DNA of 64,000 nt from a bacterium ADurb.Bin236 (GCA_002069885.1 MWCD01000001.1:2770-66769), one strand, 5' to 3'; counted from the stretch's first letter, positions 30,109 through 39,884 are shown. The notes: generated by a model from the sequence alone, not told the origin. Numbers and translations: made by a program.

Positions 30109-30516
30109 ATGGCGGCTTTTAACTGGAGCGATAAATATTCGGTAAATGTGGCCGAGATGGACGCGCAACATAAAAAACTAGTGGGGCTTCTTAACGAGCT
30201 TGACGAGGCCATGAGTCAGGGCAAAGGAAGAACCATCGTCGGAAGGATTCTATCGGGTCTGGTCGATTACGCGGCGACTCACTTCCGAGATGAGGAATCT
30301 CTGATGGAGCGGCATGGTTTCGCAGACATTGAGGCGCACAAGGCTCTTCACGACAAGTTGACGGCCCAAGCCACAAGCCTCAACGCTGAGTTTCAAGCGG
30401 GAAGCATTTCTGTCACCATAGATACTATGAATTTCCTTACGAACTGGCTGACCGACCACATTCTCGGAACGGACAGCAGGTACGGCGCATATCTCAACGG
30501 GAAAGGAATATACTGA
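30109..30516 (+). CDS. bacteriohemerythrin (hemerythrin-like metal-binding domain), 135 aa
   Basis: MDAQHKKL, HFRDEE, HKALH and TNWLTDHI His/Glu iron ligands spaced as in hemerythrin. Confidence 0.8.
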   Translation: MAAFNWSDKYSVNVAEMDAQHKKLVGLLNELDEAMSQGKGRTIVGRILSGLVDYAATHFRDEESLMERHGFADIEAHKALHDKLTAQATSLNAEFQAGSISVTIDTMNFLTNWLTDHILGTDSRYGAYLNGKGIY

Positions 30517-30563
30517 ATCCGGTTCATCCGAGCGTGAAGCGGCTGCGGTAAGGTTAATCATCG

Positions 30564-31850
30564 ATGAGCGAATCATCTTGCAACTTGTCTGGCGTGGCTC
30601 TTGTGATGTCGGATTTTTTAGATTTGGTGAACCCGAAACTGTCCGGGCATCACAGGTCAGTTGCGTATATCGCAATGTCCGTGGCGGAAAGGCTGGGCCT
30701 GCCGTCCGAGAGCAAAGAAGACATAATACTGGCGTCTCTAACACACGACATAGGCGCGCTTTCCGTTGCCGACAGGATGGAGGCGCTGGATTTCGAGTTC
30801 GTCGACGCCGACAGCCACGCGCGAGCCGGAAGCAGGCTGATCGCAGCGTGCGCTCCGCTTTCCGGCGTGGCGGACATTGTGGCCCGGCATCATGAATGGC
30901 ACGACTCATTCGTAAAATCAGGGGTGGACGCCGACATTGCGTTGAGCGCCTCGATAGTCCATCTCGCCGACAGGGTGTCCATTCTGCTGAACGACAGCTC
31001 CGAGCCGTTGTCGCAACGCAAGAAAATAATCGAAAAAATATCCAAAAGGGCAGGCGGAATGTTCAACCCGCGGGTCGCGGCCGCATTCATCGAAGAATCG
31101 CGCCGCGAAGCGTTCTGGTTCGGCACATTGCCGGAATTCAGAGACTCGGCCATCGCAAGGTTCGTGTCTGAAAACGGGGACGTTGACCTGTCAACGGCTG
31201 ACATGCTCGATGTGGCTAAGCTCTTCTGCCGGATAATAGACTACCGGAGCAGTTTCACCGCCGCGCATTCAGCGGGAGTGGCGGCCTGCGCCAGCGCTAT
31301 CGGCGGCTGCCTAGGTTTGCCGAACCATGAAAAAGCGCGGCTGGAAACTGCGGGCTATATGCACGATATCGGCAAAATGGCGGTTCCTTCATCCCTTATT
31401 GAAAAAAGAGGCGGGCTTGCCGACGAAGAGTTCAACATAGTGAAGTCTCACGCGTTTTATACTTATCACCTTCTGGACAAACTACCCTGTTTTTCCGTCG
31501 TCAGGGATTACGCCGCCATGCACCACGAAAAAATAAACGGGAACGGCTATCCTTTCAAACTCAAAGGCGGCGAGATACCGACGGGAGCCAGAATCGTGGC
31601 GGTCGCAGACGTGTTCACAGCCCTCTCAGAAGACCGTCCGTTCAGAAAAGCCTTAGCATTGGATGACACAATCAAAACTATCGACGAGATGGCTTCAGAC
31701 GGCTCTCTTGACGGCGATATCACGCGCGCGCTCAAATCCAACCTGAGCCTTGTCGATTCAGCCAGAGCAAAAGCGCAGCGCGCAGCCATTTTTGAATACC
31801 GCTCTTTCGAGGACGGACGCGGAATAATCGCTCACAGCGCGTCAGCTTAA
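30564..31850 (+). CDS. tandem-HD protein: degenerate N-terminal HD domain plus canonical C-terminal HD-GYP c-di-GMP phosphodiesterase domain
   Basis: First domain has LTHDIG...HHEWHD with no GYP. Second has MHDIGK...HHEKINGNGYP. Confidence 0.8.
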   Translation: MSESSCNLSGVALVMSDFLDLVNPKLSGHHRSVAYIAMSVAERLGLPSESKEDIILASLTHDIGALSVADRMEALDFEFVDADSHARAGSRLIAACAPLSGVADIVARHHEWHDSFVKSGVDADIALSASIVHLADRVSILLNDSSEPLSQRKKIIEKISKRAGGMFNPRVAAAFIEESRREAFWFGTLPEFRDSAIARFVSENGDVDLSTADMLDVAKLFCRIIDYRSSFTAAHSAGVAACASAIGGCLGLPNHEKARLETAGYMHDIGKMAVPSSLIEKRGGLADEEFNIVKSHAFYTYHLLDKLPCFSVVRDYAAMHHEKINGNGYPFKLKGGEIPTGARIVAVADVFTALSEDRPFRKALALDDTIKTIDEMASDGSLDGDITRALKSNLSLVDSARAKAQRAAIFEYRSFEDGRGIIAHSASA

Positions 31851-31903
31851 CTAACGAAAGGCCGGACGACGCCGACAACTAGGCAATCCGGGATAATGGA
31901 GAT

Positions 31904-32512
31904 ATGGAAAACACAGCCAGAAAATTTATCAGATCAAAAAAAATCCTTGTTGAGAACGTGGAGCCGGGGATGACGCTCGCAGAGGACATTAAAACCGCAG
32001 CGGGCGGAGTAATTCTTCCGGCGGACTCCATCCTATCAATGACCAACATCGAGAGGTTGAAAGAGTTTGATATTTTCTCGATATATGTCGAGGAAGAGAC
32101 AGTTCTCCGGGAGTCCGACGCAATGCGCGGGAAGCGAGCTGTGGTTATCGACGACGCTCTTTTCTTCAGGCACATGTTCTCCAAGATGCTCTACAAGATG
32201 GGCATATTCGTGATGGAAGAAGTGGAAACCGCAGAGGAAGGCGTGTGCCACGCGAGAAAATACCGGCCGGACCTCGTGATAGTCGATATCCATCTTCCCG
32301 GCATGACCGGTATAGAAGCGATTAGGGACATAAAAAGCAAATGCAGCGGCTCGAAATGCGTCGCAGTTTCCACTGACAAAGACCGGAAGACGGTAGTGGA
32401 CGCCCTGCGCGCCGGAGCCGATGACTTTCTGGTCAAACCTGTAATGTGGGATCGCCTCAAACCTAGGATATGCAAACTATTTGATAGTGGCAAAGACGCT
32501 GTTGTCATGTGA
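31904..32512 (+). CDS. response regulator with an N-terminal domain of unknown function and a C-terminal receiver
   Basis: VVIDDALFFRHM...VIVDIHLPGMTG...K receiver in the C-terminal half. Confidence 0.7.
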   Translation: MENTARKFIRSKKILVENVEPGMTLAEDIKTAAGGVILPADSILSMTNIERLKEFDIFSIYVEEETVLRESDAMRGKRAVVIDDALFFRHMFSKMLYKMGIFVMEEVETAEEGVCHARKYRPDLVIVDIHLPGMTGIEAIRDIKSKCSGSKCVAVSTDKDRKTVVDALRAGADDFLVKPVMWDRLKPRICKLFDSGKDAVVM

Positions 32513-32702
32513 TCCGCGTGTCTGAAGAAGAAACGTTCGGACAACTCAATTATGAAAATCCCGGGTAGAATCGTAAAGATGATAAAAGATTTATCGCTGA
32601 CTTGGCCTTGAAACTTTGAAAACTTAAAAATCTTCTCTTAAAGCTCTCTCTTTGTTATGCAAGGCAATGGAAAGTTTCAGTTGACTGCGCTGGTGATTAC
32701 TG

Positions 32703-33033
32703 TTGTTCAAAGTCAGCGCAAATGAGAATCCTAGGCGATAGAAACAAATAATAGATGCGGGTAGTGAGTCAAGGGGCTGGCTTTGCGATGCTGAAGGTGG
32801 TATTAAAGGAGCTTGGCATTGCAGAGATAAATGTTTTAAAAAAGATTAAGAAGCCAATTCCATGTGAGCCGAAAATCCTTAAATGTGCGCAAGATTTGTG
32901 CTAGGGTTTTTATGAATTTGCAGAAGCAATTAAAATTGGCTAAAATCCAAAATCGCTCTTATTTACTGGGCGTTTTCTATGCCGAAGAAGGGAATCGAAC
33001 CCCCACGAGGAGTGATCCTCGGCAGATTTTGAG
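32703..33033. repeat. 331-bp direct repeat, about 99% identical to 44250-44581: a 277-bp non-coding block plus the 54-nt tRNA-Leu 3'-half
   Basis: Base-by-base comparison shows one substitution and one 1-nt indel. It ends exactly at the anticodon-loop junction of the tRNA fragment (32980-33033). Confidence 0.85.
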
Positions 33034-33863
33034 AGAATTGAGAATCTCAAAATTTATTTTCATACAAGGCTTTTATTACATTCAAACAACCTGTGTTACG
33101 CGTGTGTTATAGAGATTCAGGATACATTCATTAAATTCTTGGATTGAAAAGGGTGTGGTAAATTATTCATGCCAATAATGTGACAATGTACTCCTCGTGA
33201 TGTATATTCGGGTTAAAGAGACATTTGCTTGTCCTTAGAGAATCTTTAACAATAGCGACCATTGCTAATAGGAGGCTTGAAAACTTAAAACTTGCGTTCG
33301 GAACATCTGCCTCTCTTGCTGATTTCCGATTCTCATTATCGATTAAGATGAACAACGCAGTCAGACGCTGGAACAACCTTTATGTTAAAGTAACAGACGC
33401 CTATAGAAACAGAAATTCAACTACACTTCAAAACCGTGATTATTGAAATAACGTCTATGCACGAAGTTGCATCGTGCGCTGTGGGTAAACCACTCCACGC
33501 ACGATGATTTTGCCTTTATCGCAGAACTCCGCGACATCCGCGCCTTATCCCACCTGTTTTCGTTTTTTTCCCGATACTCCTTAACGGCAGAGGTTTCGAC
33601 TTCATACTCAAGTTCCTTGTTTCTCTGAAAGTCATACAATGAGATTATATTTTTACGCGTTGCTGTAGGAAATGATGTCATACGATTTATTATTTGGAAT
33701 TATACATGAATTGTTGCTGTTTTCGCTCATGCACAAAAGAATGATTTTTGCGCCGGCGCACAAAAAGATAGGTGAAATCTATTAAGAACAACTATAATTT
33801 GCCAGATTCTATATAAATTCGGAGAAACAGCAATCAATTATCTTCGGATTTGGGAATTAGGTT

Positions 33864-36800
33864 TTAGTCGAATTTGAATTTAATGGAAATGTAAGGGCCT
33901 TTGCCCCAATAAGAGTCGCCGGCGAGGTCGGAGTCGAAGTCGTCGAAGCTGTAGCCTGTTGTCAACCAGATGTTTTTCAAGCATTTGTAGCCGAGTTCGG
34001 CGGAACCGCCGATGCTCTGTGAATTGATGCTTCTGCTTCTCAACGTCCTTGCTTCCAGCCCGATGTCGAACCTGCTGGTCAGATCATAAGTAAACCGCCC
34101 GGCAACCATATCAGTGTAAGACCTGAACAAGTCTGTTTTTGAAATTTTTGCCGCGTATTTTCCGGTTAACGAAAAGCTTTTCGACGGGTGGTAAACGCCC
34201 TCTATGGAATAGATCCTCGCCGACGGAGTGGAGTCCGAAACGACGGGAGAGCTTCTGTCGCGCTTGAATTCTATACGAGCGAAAGCATTGAAGCGGTTGT
34301 TGTGGGCTGGTCTGTAGGCGACACCGACCATGCTGCCGGTGGTGGTGCGCTGTGCTCCGGTCGAGTATCCGGTATTGGACCACCGTTGGCGAAGGAGCAG
34401 GGAGTAATCTGTTCCCATCTTGGCAGCCAGACCGAGTTCGGCGAGGCGGGAAGTATCGAGAGTCGAGTCGCGGTATTCGGCTCTTGCGGTCATTTTAACA
34501 TCTCTCATGAACACAAATTCAGTTCCCGCCGTAACCGCGAAAGCATCGGGGTCGCGCTGCATCTCCGCGCCCTTTACGGTGTTTAGTTTTTCGAGGGAGA
34601 CAGATCCGGAAACCCGGTCGTTGAGAGCAAACTTGTTTCGGACGCCGATAGCCCGCTGGACCCTGCGGCCGTCCGCGCCGCCTTCGAGCCGGTATTCGTT
34701 AAACGCGGACGTGTCCCGCGCAATCGGAGTCTCAACGCCGAGGACATTGCGCCAGCTCCGGCTGCCGTCGAGCCGCCAGAACTCTCTCCTTGCATAAAGA
34801 TGTCCGGCGCCCTTCAGTTTGTAGTCCAGTTTGGCGCTGCTGACGTTGAAGTTGTTATCCTGAATGTCCTGCTGGTGTTCCAGAGTGAGCGCGAGCCTCG
34901 GCCTGATGTTCCCGGTGAGCGAAAACCGCGCGGCGGTCGTCTTACTCGGCGTGCGCTCGGAGATGTCGAAAGGATACCGTGTCCGGTCGGTGTTCGTGAT
35001 GATAAAGTTATCATTGGAACTTTCGCGCAGCAGCTCCGACTCGAATTTCATGTTCCGAATCGTCCGTTTCAGGAGAATCGAGCTCAGGCGGTGATCCATG
35101 TAGTTGACGCTGTCTCTCTCCGTGAAGAACTTGCCCGCGAGGGTCGTGTTTCGATTTTTGAGGAATGAGAATTCGAGTCCTTTTTTCTCCATGCCGCGCT
35201 GCGCATCCACCGCAGACATATTCCCGAAGTAACTCCTCGTGTTTCTCCAGTAGGCGGTAATTTTCGTTCTCTCCAGCGCGTCGCTCTTAAGTTCGAACGA
35301 CCACCCGCCGCCGTTTTTAAGCGCGAGGATATTGTCGATGTTGAACAGCGACTTCGTTTCGGCAAACTCGTATTTCAGGGTGGTGAGCTTGTGGAGTTTG
35401 TAGTCGAAGTCCATGCCCCAGAGATGATAGTCGGAGGTTTCGGCTTCCTGAGTGACTCCCGTGAACCCGACACCGAGGCGGTCGTTCAGTTTGAACCTCA
35501 GCCGGGCGCCGTAGATGTAATACGTGTTTCCGCCGCCCTCTGTCTCATAGCTGACAATCAGGTAAACGGGATTCAGGTCTTCGTCGTAGCTTGGCAACGG
35601 ATCCTTTAGCAGGATTGCGCCGGTTTCGTAATCGATGGAGTATTCGGACCACCTTGACAGTGTGTCTCTGTTCAGCGCCGCCTCTGGCCGGAGCCTGTCG
35701 CGGATTTCGACGGCCACGGTTTCGCTGCCGTCCATAATCGGGGCGGCGGACAGATAATAGTAGCCGGATACGCCGCGGCCGGGTATCGCGTCCACCACCT
35801 GCGACTGGTCGGTGTGAGTCTCGAATGCGGACAGGCGGTACTTATCCGTGTTCATGCCGATCTTCAGGCCGTTGAAGGAGCGCGAGTACGCGCTCAGTTT
35901 CGTCTCGTTGAATCCCGTCTCAAAGTCTCCGAACAGCAAATGGGACTTGCGGCGGTCGAGACGCAGATAAAGTTTCTCGCGGGACTGAGCTTCGAAGCTC
36001 GTCACGCTGTCGTCGCCGTAGATCGGGTACTGGTCTTCGGCGTCAGGATTGCGCAACGAGTTAAAGAAAAGGTCGGGGCGTTTGCTCTTGTGTGAGTCGT
36101 ATGAGAGAGTAAGAAGCGAATCGTCGCCGATTTTTCTTTTTGTGAACAGAGCGCCGCGGGCGCCAGCGTAGCCGCCCCGGTCGAACCAGCCATCGCTGCT
36201 GCGGATCAGTTCCGTGTCTCCGCCCGCTTTCCCGCTGCCGAACCTGAATTCCACGAGGCCCACCGAGAGGTTGTCGCCGAGGTCGGGCGTGAAGTGCACC
36301 TTCGCGGAACCCTGTAGTTCGCCGAACGCGACGGTTATCACCGCCTCGCCTGCCTGTCTCGGCGCTTTTACATCGAACCGCGCAGCGCCGCCGCTGTAGA
36401 GAACCTGCACGCCGTCCATGCTCGCGTCCGCGTCTTTCGTGTCTATTTCCCCGGAGGTTGTTTCGACGGTCGCGATACCTTCATATGCCACGGGAAGCCC
36501 TTTATCGTCGTACACCGAAGCGGAGACGCGCGCCTTCGAAGCGCCGTCCGCGATGATTTCCGTTTTTTCGGGTTTCACCTCAATCTTGGCGGGTAGCCCG
36601 GCGGCGGTAATCCTGATTTCCTTTTCGCTTGTTATATTTCCGTCTTCGTCCCGGGTTTCCGCGCGTATCGCGTTTTCCGCTCCGGGCGCGAGTTGGATTC
36701 CTATGTATTGGTAGATAGCTATTTCAAGCTCGGATTCCGTTATCTTTTTACCGACCCTTTTGCTGCTAACCGGTTCGTCGTTGAGGAAGAGGTAAACCTT

Positions 36801-39800
36801 CGCGGCAAGCGGAGCTTTGACCGTGATATTAGTGTTTGCCGCCGAGGAGACCGATCCGTCCTCGGGATAGAGGATGTCGAGGTCGGGAGTCATCGATGAA
36901 ATCTCTTCTTCGAGAGGAACGTAAACGAACTCTGTCCTGCCGGCGGCCGCGGCCTGTCCGGAGGTTGCGGCTTTTTCGCGGGTTTCCATATTTCTTCTAT
37001 CCGCTGATTCCTTATCGCCGGATACAGTGAAGTCCGCGTTCATGATGCCGCCGGAAACCATGTCTATGAACTGCGAATCCGGATCGCCGGCGAACCTGTT
37101 GGTGGATAGCGAGGAGATCGATATTCCGGCGGGAAGGGTCTTTGCTTCGATCTTAAGCACATGCAGTCCGGGCGTTACGCCGATCACCGAATACTTGCCG
37201 TCCGTTCCGGTTACGATCCTCGCGCCGTCTTCCATGTAAATTGCGACTCCGGACACACCCGGCTCTCCGCGGCTCTGCATTCCGTCGCCGTCAGAATCCA
37301 CAAAAACTTTGCCGACGATGGTGCCGTTCGAGGTGAACACGCCTTCTTTAATGGTTACAGTGTAATATGCGGTGTTGGAAGAAACTGTTTTTGCGCCGAG
37401 AGTTCCCTGAGCGTAAGCGGTGTTTTTGCCATCGCCACGCTTGCTGTCCACTCCGACGACCGTGCTGTAGGAAATTTCGAAGTAACCGCCGGCTGCAAGG
37501 GAAGTGACGCTCCACGCGAGAGTCATGGAAGCGGGCCTTGCGGGGTCAGCCGCCGCGCCGCTGAGTGTTGTCGAGCCGTCGATATACTGCATCCCATGCG
37601 GCAGTATGTCGGTCACCGTGATGTCGTTCACCGGCCAGCTTCCCGAGTTGGAAACACGCACCGTGTACCTTACGATATCTCCGATAGTGGCATTTTTTTT
37701 ATCTGCGGTCTTGGTCACTGCGAGAAGTTCGATCACCGGCGGGTCCACCGGGATGTCGAAGTTCAACGGATAATAAACCAAGTCTCCGCTTTCGACAACG
37801 CCCGCGTCCTCAAATTCGCCCGGGAGCGGGGTTACGAAAGGATTGCCCTTAGACCTTTCATCCACCCTGTACTGCTTCGGCATCTCCGAATTGGGAATCA
37901 GTGATGGGAAAGTAAAATTTCCTCCGACTGCAACGCTTACCCGGTAGTGAGCGCCGTCGGGTGTCTTGGGAACATAGTAAAAAGTAAAAACACCGTCCGC
38001 GCTGGTTCCCGCAACCGAGGGGCTGGGATTGGGTTGGTTATAAGGAAGCGCGACAGAAGTTTCCACGGACTGATCTATTTGGGTAAGGGTCACCACGGCG
38101 CCCGCGACCGGTTCGCCGGTCATCGAGTTGAATACACGGCGCTGCGGCTCCACTAACGCGAACTGACGTGAAAGCGGGGTGCCGTTCGGATCAAACGGAT
38201 CGATATATATCCCTTCGAGTTCTCCTCCCGCAGTTAATGTTATATGACCGTTTCCGGACGTTGCGGCGGTCGCCGATGACCTTGCCGCGCGCGTGGCGGC
38301 CATTTCGCACTGACCGCTGTTCAAGATGTTCGGCACGCAGCCGCGGAACATTTCGGAGTTCGTCCCGACCTCGGTAAGCACGACGGTTTCCGTATCGCCG
38401 CTCAACTTATCAACAATTGTGACTTCCAATGTGTCTTTTGTGTTGGGATTGATATTTCTATCCGCGTCGTTGACTTGCAGATATATGTCCTCATAAGTCA
38501 TTAGCGTGCGTTTAATAGTCGTATATGTTTTATTGTAGATTTCTAGGTAATTATCGACGTCGCGAGCCGAAACCACGGTGGTCGCAGTCGCTGACACCGG
38601 GTCTGAGTCGTCCGCTGTTACGGTCGCCACATTTTTAATCGTATCGCCATCGAGTTCGCTGTCCGGCACGTTGAGAAGCAACTTGAGAGTTTTGCTTTCT
38701 CCGGCGGACAGATCGCCGATGTTCCATGAAACCGAGCCGTTGGAGAAAGTCCCCCCGTTGTCCGCGCTGACGAAACTCGTTTTCTCCGGGATGGGGTCTG
38801 TAGCGAACACGTTTGAAAGCTGTATGTATCCGTCGTTGGAAATCAGTATGGTGTAATAGATGTCGTTTCCCGCGAACGCGGGAAGGCCGGTCTTTGTAAC
38901 TGAAAGCGATGCCTTGCGGATATAAGTTTCGACCGAATTAGAAACCGCCGGAGCAAGTTCGGCGCAGGTTATCGAGGCGATATTGGTGATGGTGGTTTCG
39001 AGCGCGGAGATGGATGAAACGGAAACGGAGAATTCCAGATCGCCTTCAGCGCCGGGAACGATAGCTCCGAGATCCCATGAAACAATGCGGCCCGAGAGAA
39101 CACCGCCGCCCGTGATCGAATTTTCCACGAGCGAGGTTTCGGACGGCAATTCATTGATGACTCTCGCCAGAGACGCATCCGCATTGCCGATGTTCTTGTA
39201 ATGAAGAGCGTAGGTGATTGTGCCGCCGGGGCCGACCACGGCGGACGAGGCCGATAGCGACAGTTTAAGATTCGGTCCCGCGCCGACCATTATGCTATTG
39301 GTATAATTGGTTTGTGTTTCATCCGAAACCATCGTGATGGAATTCTCGATGACATCGCCGACTGAAATTGCGCTTGGGTCGGCGGGAGGATAATCGGCCG
39401 CAGTTTTGACGACGCCGGTGAGTGTGAGCGTGCCGCTCTGACCTACTGCCAGCGATCCGAGATTCCATGAAACGGTCCCGCCGGCCGGACCGGCGGCGTA
39501 AACTCCGCCGCCGGTCGCCGACGAGAATATCACATAATCAGAAATCGAGTTCGTGAGAACTACATTCGATGCATCAGAATTGCCCGAGTTCTCGTAGTAG
39601 ATCGTATAAACGAGCAGTGACCCCATAGCCGTCGGGTCGGAGCTTTCAGTGACCCGGAGGAACAGAACGGGGGCTCCGGAAACTGTGACCTCCGCCTGAG
39701 CTTCGACTCCGGGCATGGGATTTCCGCCCGCGTCACGATACGAAACGAGAGCGCGGTTGACAATCAGGGTTCCGATCGGAGGGCTAGATGCGCGCGCCGG

Positions 39801-39884
39801 CGGGCATGCTGCGGCAAGCGCCATCAGGCATATAAGCGCCGCTCGCGCTGCAATACCGGTGATTTTGCGCTTTACCGATCCCAT
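33864..39884 (-). CDS. giant secreted DUF11-repeat / Ig-like surface protein with a roughly 900-aa C-terminal predicted outer-membrane beta-barrel (2006 aa)
   Basis: Signal peptide MGSVKRKITGIAARAALICLMALAAACPPARA. Multiple DUF11-type repeats (LxYTIxYxNxGNxxASNVVL). C-terminal region has alternating hydrophobic/aromatic strands and ends in ...ISIKFKFD. Confidence 0.75.
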   Translation of the reverse strand: MGSVKRKITGIAARAALICLMALAAACPPARASSPPIGTLIVNRALVSYRDAGGNPMPGVEAQAEVTVSGAPVLFLRVTESSDPTAMGSLLVYTIYYENSGNSDASNVVLTNSISDYVIFSSATGGGVYAAGPAGGTVSWNLGSLAVGQSGTLTLTGVVKTAADYPPADPSAISVGDVIENSITMVSDETQTNYTNSIMVGAGPNLKLSLSASSAVVGPGGTITYALHYKNIGNADASLARVINELPSETSLVENSITGGGVLSGRIVSWDLGAIVPGAEGDLEFSVSVSSISALETTITNIASITCAELAPAVSNSVETYIRKASLSVTKTGLPAFAGNDIYYTILISNDGYIQLSNVFATDPIPEKTSFVSADNGGTFSNGSVSWNIGDLSAGESKTLKLLLNVPDSELDGDTIKNVATVTADDSDPVSATATTVVSARDVDNYLEIYNKTYTTIKRTLMTYEDIYLQVNDADRNINPNTKDTLEVTIVDKLSGDTETVVLTEVGTNSEMFRGCVPNILNSGQCEMAATRAARSSATAATSGNGHITLTAGGELEGIYIDPFDPNGTPLSRQFALVEPQRRVFNSMTGEPVAGAVVTLTQIDQSVETSVALPYNQPNPSPSVAGTSADGVFTFYYVPKTPDGAHYRVSVAVGGNFTFPSLIPNSEMPKQYRVDERSKGNPFVTPLPGEFEDAGVVESGDLVYYPLNFDIPVDPPVIELLAVTKTADKKNATIGDIVRYTVRVSNSGSWPVNDITVTDILPHGMQYIDGSTTLSGAAADPARPASMTLAWSVTSLAAGGYFEISYSTVVGVDSKRGDGKNTAYAQGTLGAKTVSSNTAYYTVTIKEGVFTSNGTIVGKVFVDSDGDGMQSRGEPGVSGVAIYMEDGARIVTGTDGKYSVIGVTPGLHVLKIEAKTLPAGISISSLSTNRFAGDPDSQFIDMVSGGIMNADFTVSGDKESADRRNMETREKAATSGQAAAAGRTEFVYVPLEEEISSMTPDLDILYPEDGSVSSAANTNITVKAPLAAKVYLFLNDEPVSSKRVGKKITESELEIAIYQYIGIQLAPGAENAIRAETRDEDGNITSEKEIRITAAGLPAKIEVKPEKTEIIADGASKARVSASVYDDKGLPVAYEGIATVETTSGEIDTKDADASMDGVQVLYSGGAARFDVKAPRQAGEAVITVAFGELQGSAKVHFTPDLGDNLSVGLVEFRFGSGKAGGDTELIRSSDGWFDRGGYAGARGALFTKRKIGDDSLLTLSYDSHKSKRPDLFFNSLRNPDAEDQYPIYGDDSVTSFEAQSREKLYLRLDRRKSHLLFGDFETGFNETKLSAYSRSFNGLKIGMNTDKYRLSAFETHTDQSQVVDAIPGRGVSGYYYLSAAPIMDGSETVAVEIRDRLRPEAALNRDTLSRWSEYSIDYETGAILLKDPLPSYDEDLNPVYLIVSYETEGGGNTYYIYGARLRFKLNDRLGVGFTGVTQEAETSDYHLWGMDFDYKLHKLTTLKYEFAETKSLFNIDNILALKNGGGWSFELKSDALERTKITAYWRNTRSYFGNMSAVDAQRGMEKKGLEFSFLKNRNTTLAGKFFTERDSVNYMDHRLSSILLKRTIRNMKFESELLRESSNDNFIITNTDRTRYPFDISERTPSKTTAARFSLTGNIRPRLALTLEHQQDIQDNNFNVSSAKLDYKLKGAGHLYARREFWRLDGSRSWRNVLGVETPIARDTSAFNEYRLEGGADGRRVQRAIGVRNKFALNDRVSGSVSLEKLNTVKGAEMQRDPDAFAVTAGTEFVFMRDVKMTARAEYRDSTLDTSRLAELGLAAKMGTDYSLLLRQRWSNTGYSTGAQRTTTGSMVGVAYRPAHNNRFNAFARIEFKRDRSSPVVSDSTPSARIYSIEGVYHPSKSFSLTGKYAAKISKTDLFRSYTDMVAGRFTYDLTSRFDIGLEARTLRSRSINSQSIGGSAELGYKCLKNIWLTTGYSFDDFDSDLAGDSYWGKGPYISIKFKFD

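Larger units (their letters stand above)
13011..32979. mobile_element. putative integrase-less tRNA-Leu-associated island A (about 20 kb) carrying the sensor-kinase/Che-like cluster
   Basis: Bounded by direct tRNA-Leu 3'-half copies. It has a conserved end block shared with island B. No recombinase gene was found. Confidence 0.35.

Noticed and set aside
32864-33112. 82-aa ORF, and a 101-aa ORF at 44412-44717 with an identical N-terminus
   Set aside because: Both arise only because they lie inside the 331-bp direct repeat and read through the tRNA-Leu fragment/gene. Their C-termini diverge exactly where the repeat ends, so they are not genes.
33421-33681. 86-aa minus-strand ORF in the island-B end region (with a 9-bp stem hairpin at about 33455-33496)
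   Set aside because: No recognisable domain, RBS or start context. It may be a remnant of an element gene such as an excisionase-like protein, but nothing in the sequence supports a specific call.
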